Origin: Candidatus Omnitrophota bacterium
Lineage (GTDB): Bacteria > Omnitrophota > Gorgyraeia > B26-G9
DNA: 64,000 bases
Direction: 5' to 3'
Assembly: GCA_043805415.1 (NCBI GenBank)
Contig: JAZDHZ010000002.1
Coordinates: 15,773 to 79,772, forward strand
Shown here: positions 59,375 through 64,000 of the stretch, one piece after another
Numbering within the stretch: position 1 is the stretch's first letter
How the letters are laid out: every line of letters starts with the position of its first letter
Notes under the pieces: model-generated
What the model was told of the DNA's origin: nothing
Seen by the model: only the letters and a program-made list of their open reading frames with translations
The model's database searches: none
Translations under genes and position numbers: made by a program

Positions 59375-59860
59375 ATGGATAAAATTTTAGAAATTCTTGA
59401 AAAAGACGCGAGAACTACTCCGGAAGAAATTGCCCGGTTTATTAATCAGGATGTAAAAACAGTAAAAAAACAGATTAAAAAATTTGAAAAAGACGGGGTT
59501 ATTCTTAGATATAAAACAATTGTGAATAAAGAGCTTGTTTGTGAGAAGAATAATGAATTAAGAGCTTTGATCGAAGTGAATATCCTGCCGCAAAAAAATC
59601 TGGGATTTGATCATATCGCTGAGCGGATTTATCAGTTCCCGGAAGTTTCCAGCTGTTCTTTGCTTTCCGGAACATATGATTTGCTCTTAATTGTTGAAGG
59701 AAAAGATATGCAGACAATATCAAATTTTGTCGCGGAAAAACTTTCTCCTATGGAAAATGTTCGGGGTACAGTAACTCACTTTTTGCTGAAAAAATATAAA
59801 GAAGATGGAGTGATTTTAAAACGCCGGGAAGAAAATAAACGGATTGCCATCTCATACTAA
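59375..59860 (+). CDS. Lrp/AsnC family transcriptional regulator (YugG/AlaR-like)
   Basis: ILEILEKDAR HTH, GVILRY, SGTYDL, THFLLKKYKEDG. Confidence 0.92.
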   Translation: MDKILEILEKDARTTPEEIARFINQDVKTVKKQIKKFEKDGVILRYKTIVNKELVCEKNNELRALIEVNILPQKNLGFDHIAERIYQFPEVSSCSLLSGTYDLLLIVEGKDMQTISNFVAEKLSPMENVRGTVTHFLLKKYKEDGVILKRREENKRIAISY

Positions 59861-59887
59861 ATTAACAAGCCGCAAGCGGAGAATTTT

Positions 59888-61060
59888 GTGAAGAATAAAA
59901 ATTTTGTAGCAGACAAAGTTGAGCGATTAGCTCCATCGGGGATAAGAGCTTTTTTTGATCTTGTGCTCGGGATGAAGGACGTTATTAGTCTCGGGGTGGG
60001 AGAGCCGGATTTTGTGACTCCTTGGAATATCCGAGAAACAGGGATATTTTCCTTAGAGCAAGGATATACATCATATACCTCTAATAAGGGCTTATATAAA
60101 CTTAGATTGCTGATTCAGCGATCTTTAAAACAGCGTTATGGTTTAAATTATTCAGCGGATGATGATATTCTGATTACTGTGGGAGTTAGTGAAGCGCTTG
60201 ATTTAGCTGTACGCGCTATTTTAAATCCCGGGGAAGAAATCATTATTCCTGAGCCTTGTTATGTGTCTTATGGGCCTGTAGTTGAGTTAGCTGGGGGAGT
60301 GCCGGTATATTTGCCGGCTACGGCAAAACAAGGCTTTAAAATGACGGCAGCTCAGCTTGAACGCGCTTGTACTAAAAACACAAAAGGCATAATTTTAAAT
60401 TATCCGTCTAATCCTACGGGTGCTACTTATAATAAGCAGGAGCTTGAAGAAATAAGTAAGGTGTGTTTAAAACATAATCTGGTTGTGATTAGTGATGAGG
60501 TGTATGGGGATTTGACTTATTCGGGAAATCATGTTCCTTTTCCAACACTAAAAGGCGCTCAGGCAAATACTCTATATCTAAATGGTTTTTCTAAGGCCTA
60601 TGCTATGACCGGCTGGAGAGTTGGTTATGCTTGCGGTCCGAAACAGATAATCGCGGCAATGACTAAAATTCATCAGTATACGATTCTTTGTGCTCCGATT
60701 CTTAGTCAAATGGCGGCTTGCGAAGCTTTACAATCAGGGAAAAAAAGTTTAGAGCTTATGAAACAAGAGTATAATCGCCGAAGAGATTTTATGCATCAGG
60801 GTTTAAATGATATAGGCCTTTCGTGCACTATGCCTCAGGGCGCTTTTTATATTTTTCCCTCAATAGAAAAATCAGGGCTTAGTTCTCTTGATTTTGCCAA
60901 TCGGCTTTTAAAACAGCAAAAAGTCGCGGTTGTTCCAGGTGTTGCTTTTGGCAAAAATTATGATAATTATGTGCGAATTTCATATGCTACCAGTTATACA
61001 AAGCTGCAAGAAGCTGTTAAATGCATGAAGGTTTTTTTGGATAAATGTTTAAAAAACTAG
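59888..61060 (+). CDS. PLP-dependent aminotransferase class I/II (YugH/AlaT-like)
   Basis: ISLGVGEPDF, NYPSNPTG, SDEVY, GFSKAYAMTGWRVG. Confidence 0.93.
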   Translation: MKNKNFVADKVERLAPSGIRAFFDLVLGMKDVISLGVGEPDFVTPWNIRETGIFSLEQGYTSYTSNKGLYKLRLLIQRSLKQRYGLNYSADDDILITVGVSEALDLAVRAILNPGEEIIIPEPCYVSYGPVVELAGGVPVYLPATAKQGFKMTAAQLERACTKNTKGIILNYPSNPTGATYNKQELEEISKVCLKHNLVVISDEVYGDLTYSGNHVPFPTLKGAQANTLYLNGFSKAYAMTGWRVGYACGPKQIIAAMTKIHQYTILCAPILSQMAACEALQSGKKSLELMKQEYNRRRDFMHQGLNDIGLSCTMPQGAFYIFPSIEKSGLSSLDFANRLLKQQKVAVVPGVAFGKNYDNYVRISYATSYTKLQEAVKCMKVFLDKCLKN

Positions 61061-61071
61061 CAGGAGGATCA

Positions 61072-61584
61072 ATGTCTCAGAGAATTTTAAGGAAAATCTG
61101 CTTTATTAGTTTAGGCGTATTGGTTTTTTTAGGAATAAATAAACAGTCTTTTGCTTTGAGTGACCAACTGCTTTTTGGCAACAATACGGGTTTGCTTATT
61201 GAGGCTCAAACCGATAGAATGATTTACAAAGTTGATCAAGAAGTTATAATCACGGTTTATATAAAAAATAAAACTGAAGATGTCATAGAACTTATTGAAC
61301 CGGCGATTGCCCCAGAATCATTTATGTTTGAAATTGTTGCCCCAGACCGCAAAAAGGATAAATTACTTAATATTTATGGATTAAAATTAGAAACGATTCG
61401 ACTTTATCCTAAGAAAAGAATTAAATTTACTGCTAAATTTTTGCCGGAAACTCCTGGTAATTATGATATTAATATAAAATATAATGGTTTTAAAACCAAG
61501 GCGCTTACTGTTCCTAGCATGCGAGTATTTGTGGTTGGCAATTTACCGGAGACAAGTAAGGATGAGCATCTAGCTGTTGAATGA
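61072..61584 (+). CDS. Exported hypothetical protein, beta-rich (Ig-like)
   Basis: SD AGGAGG; signal peptide ending SFA; TDRMIY...VIITVYIKN...PGNYDI. Confidence 0.7.
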   Translation: MSQRILRKICFISLGVLVFLGINKQSFALSDQLLFGNNTGLLIEAQTDRMIYKVDQEVIITVYIKNKTEDVIELIEPAIAPESFMFEIVAPDRKKDKLLNIYGLKLETIRLYPKKRIKFTAKFLPETPGNYDINIKYNGFKTKALTVPSMRVFVVGNLPETSKDEHLAVE

Positions 61585-61588
61585 ATAT

Positions 61589-63556
61589 CTAGAGTCCTTC
61601 GCGTAATTGTTTTTCAGCATCAACTTCATCTCGGTTAATCATTTCTAATGAGCGGGAAAGGGTTTGTTTGAATTTACTGCTGATAAAGGGGATAGCGCGT
61701 AATTGCCGGAGTACTTGGATTACCATCCTGAAATAGCGGACTATTTCTCCGGGATCAGCATTTGTTCTTGCGCTGATTACAGCTAAAGATTCATTATTAG
61801 ACCACTTTTCAACTGCCTCAGAAAGGTTGAAAAATGGTTTTTTTGTCAAAGGCCGGATTTTGTATCTTTTTTCTATTTTTAATATTTCCTCAACAACCGG
61901 CGATAATTTTTTATGAATTTTAATAATCTGATGAGGCAGTTTAATATCTAATTGAGTCTTTCTTGGTTCAAACACTAAAGAAGTAAGCACAATATTAAGA
62001 TCAATGCTTGATAGCTCTTCGAGCACACCGCAGAAAAAAAGTTCAGTTAAAAGCAATTCATATCCATAAATCGACGAAGCAAATTTTCCTTTATCAGTCA
62101 GGGTATGGTTGCTAATGCTAATATAATCCATTTCTTTGAGAAGTCTTATTTTTATGTGCAAAATCTCCAAAGCTTTTTTTCTTAATTTTTTATTCGCCTG
62201 ATAAAAATGGAGAGTTTGCGGATAAACTTCATATAATCGATCTTGCCATTTGGCATATAAGTGTAAAAGACTAGCATAAGACAAATTAAATTGACTGATT
62301 ACTGGTTCAGGTTGAGCAAATATCATCTTATTTATTTGATCAATATCTATGCGTGATGGGTTTATCCGGGAGTAGACAAAACCCTCAGTGTCAATGCCTC
62401 GGCGTCCAGCCCGTCCGGCCATTTGATAATAATCGCGAGTGCGAAGATTGGCAAAAAATTGTCCGTAAAATTTTCTTAACTCATCAAAAACTACCGTTCT
62501 TGCAGGCATATTAATTCCCAAAGCAAAAGTCTCAGTGGTAAAAATAAGTTTAATCAGTCGGCTGGTAAATAATTGCTCTACCACTTCTTTTAAGCTGGGC
62601 AATAATCCGGCATGATGATAGGCAACTCCGTTTTCAATTAAACTGCGCATTCTTATGGCTGAAGGCTCTTGGGTTAATCCGAATTTTTTGAGTAAATTAG
62701 TAAATATGCTTTTTAGTTCTGCTTTTTCTTTATCATCAAGAAAATTAAAATAGCGAGTTTCAAATGCCAGTTTTTCACAACGTTTTCGACTAAAAGCAAA
62801 ATAAATAGCCGGCATCTTATCGTTTTGCTGTAAATGCTGGATTAGGGATGAAATTTTGTTTGAGGAAACATTCTTGCTTTCATCACGGAAGTTTCTAAAA
62901 GAATTATGTTTTCTTGTTTTAAAATGAGTTTTTTTTGTCTGAGCATAAATATTTTTGCTCAGTTGCTCAAAATTATCAAGTACTCGGTTGTGGGCTTGAA
63001 AACAATGATGCAGCGGTACTGGACGTTTTTTTTCGATTATTGTTTCCACTGGATGTTTATGAATTTTTCGAATCCAGGCCGAGAGTTGAATCGCGTTAGG
63101 AATCGTAGCACTTAGCGCCAGAATTTTCATGTGCTCTGGACAAAAGATAATTGATTCTTCCCAAACAGTGCCTCTTTCCGGATCGTCAATATAGTGAATT
63201 TCGTCAAAAATAACCCAGGATATGTTTTTCATTCTTTGCGGATCCTCAAGCAAAGTATTTCGGAATATCTCAGTGGTCATGATTAGAATAGGGGCATTGG
63301 CGTTTAAACTGACATCACCAGTCAATATGCCTATATGATTGCCGTATTTCCGGGAAAAATCACGAAATTTCTGATTGGAAAGTGCTTTTATCGGAGCAGT
63401 GTAAACAATCCCTTTGTTTTCCGCTATGCATTTTTCAATAACATATTCAGCAATCGCTGTTTTCCCAGCACCTGTGGGAGCACAGACAATTACCGAATTT
63501 CCATGATCAGTACTGCTAATTGCTCTTTTTTGAAAGGCATCATATATCATTATCAA
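61589..63556 (-). CDS. Ski2/HelY-like DEAD/DEAH-box RNA helicase
   Basis: APTGAGKT, TAPIKALSNQK, MTTEIFRN, FDEIH, LSAT, HHAGL, TETFALGINMPA, QMAGRAGRRG and a DSHCT-like tail. Confidence 0.93.
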   Translation of the reverse strand: MIMIYDAFQKRAISSTDHGNSVIVCAPTGAGKTAIAEYVIEKCIAENKGIVYTAPIKALSNQKFRDFSRKYGNHIGILTGDVSLNANAPILIMTTEIFRNTLLEDPQRMKNISWVIFDEIHYIDDPERGTVWEESIIFCPEHMKILALSATIPNAIQLSAWIRKIHKHPVETIIEKKRPVPLHHCFQAHNRVLDNFEQLSKNIYAQTKKTHFKTRKHNSFRNFRDESKNVSSNKISSLIQHLQQNDKMPAIYFAFSRKRCEKLAFETRYFNFLDDKEKAELKSIFTNLLKKFGLTQEPSAIRMRSLIENGVAYHHAGLLPSLKEVVEQLFTSRLIKLIFTTETFALGINMPARTVVFDELRKFYGQFFANLRTRDYYQMAGRAGRRGIDTEGFVYSRINPSRIDIDQINKMIFAQPEPVISQFNLSYASLLHLYAKWQDRLYEVYPQTLHFYQANKKLRKKALEILHIKIRLLKEMDYISISNHTLTDKGKFASSIYGYELLLTELFFCGVLEELSSIDLNIVLTSLVFEPRKTQLDIKLPHQIIKIHKKLSPVVEEILKIEKRYKIRPLTKKPFFNLSEAVEKWSNNESLAVISARTNADPGEIVRYFRMVIQVLRQLRAIPFISSKFKQTLSRSLEMINRDEVDAEKQLREGL

Positions 63557-63619
63557 TTAATTATAGGATAAAAACCAAGATAAAACAATGTAATTATTAA
63601 TTAAAATATGAATATCTTC

Positions 63620-63648
63620 TTTACAATCACGCTCTAAGATGTTATTAT
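63620..63648 (+). promoter_or_regulatory. Putative sigma70 promoter (near-leaderless transcript)
   Basis: TTTACA-17 bp-TATTAT with TGn, 10 bp before ATG 63659; no SD. Confidence 0.5.
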
Positions 63649-63658
63649 TTAAAATGTT

Positions 63659-64000
63659 ATGGAAGAAAAACCTAAAAATCTAACAAATGAAGAAGTAGAT
63701 ATCCTAAAGGAAGTGGGCAATATTTGTGTGGGAAACTCAACAAGTATTCTCTCGCAACTTCTTGGGGGAACGGTTGATGTTCATTTGCCTGGTCTGGATT
63801 TATTATCAGTAAAGGAATTGAACAGCTATATAAAAGAAAAAGGCAAAATGGTTTATGGCGTAAATGCTCAGCTTAGCGCCAATGTGCTGGGAACTATTTT
63901 TTTGCTTTTTCCTGAGAAAGATTCGCTTAAAATTATTGAAAAGTTTTTACAAGGAATTGATGTGCAGGGCGCGGAAGCAATAAAATTTGGAATTTCAATT
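63659..64000 (+). CDS. CheC-family phosphatase, 3' partial
   Basis: Manual translation MEEKPKNLTNEEVDILKEVGNICVGNSTSILSQLLGGTVDVHLP..., with the D-x3-E-x2-N motif. Confidence 0.85.
   Translation, partial: MEEKPKNLTNEEVDILKEVGNICVGNSTSILSQLLGGTVDVHLPGLDLLSVKELNSYIKEKGKMVYGVNAQLSANVLGTIFLLFPEKDSLKIIEKFLQGIDVQGAEAIKFGISI

Noticed and set aside
1-64000. tRNA, rRNA, IS/transposase, integrase or prophage genes
   Set aside because: No cloverleaf, rRNA-like or recombinase/transposase signatures seen; intergenic gaps are short. A covariance-model scan was not possible.

Overview
Low-GC bacterial chromosome segment. Almost all genes are on the + strand and most are core genes. LPS heptosyltransferase, a PilQ secretin and sigma54 regulation indicate a diderm; the gene content and protein style suggest Candidatus Omnitrophota or a similar lineage, which is inference only. 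In order: DRTGG/Pta-N protein, GT9 and DegT; a MoxR-DUF58-membrane protein triad; trxB-def; rpsO-pnp-dut-ftsK-rimO-pgsA-pgpA; an inverted thpR followed by a small accessory patch (STAS-like, GIY-YIG-like, deaminase, exported pilin-head-like protein, exported ROK-kinase-like protein); a glycan locus (flippase-like, Trm112, 2 GT2, 2 GT4, AsnB); a large type IVa pilus locus (HAMP protein, 2 PilT, PilB, PilS/PilR-like pair, PilC, two tandem pilins behind a sigma54 promoter with paired upstream activator boxes, then rsmE-mtaB and pilMNOPQ); rng-rplU-rpmA-obgE-proBA-nadD-CNNM-rsfS-HD-GYP-argS (frameshifted)-lpdA; lipoyl domain-Lrp-aminotransferase; a Ski2/HelY-like helicase; and a partial cheC. I saw no tRNA, rRNA, CRISPR array or IS element. 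Most notable: the exported ROK-type kinase, the transglutaminase-less MoxR partner with a Gly-rich repeat stalk, putative Cys3His zinc pilins with a readable PilR enhancer, and a stand-alone lipoyl domain. All calls come from manual motif reading; no database searches were run.
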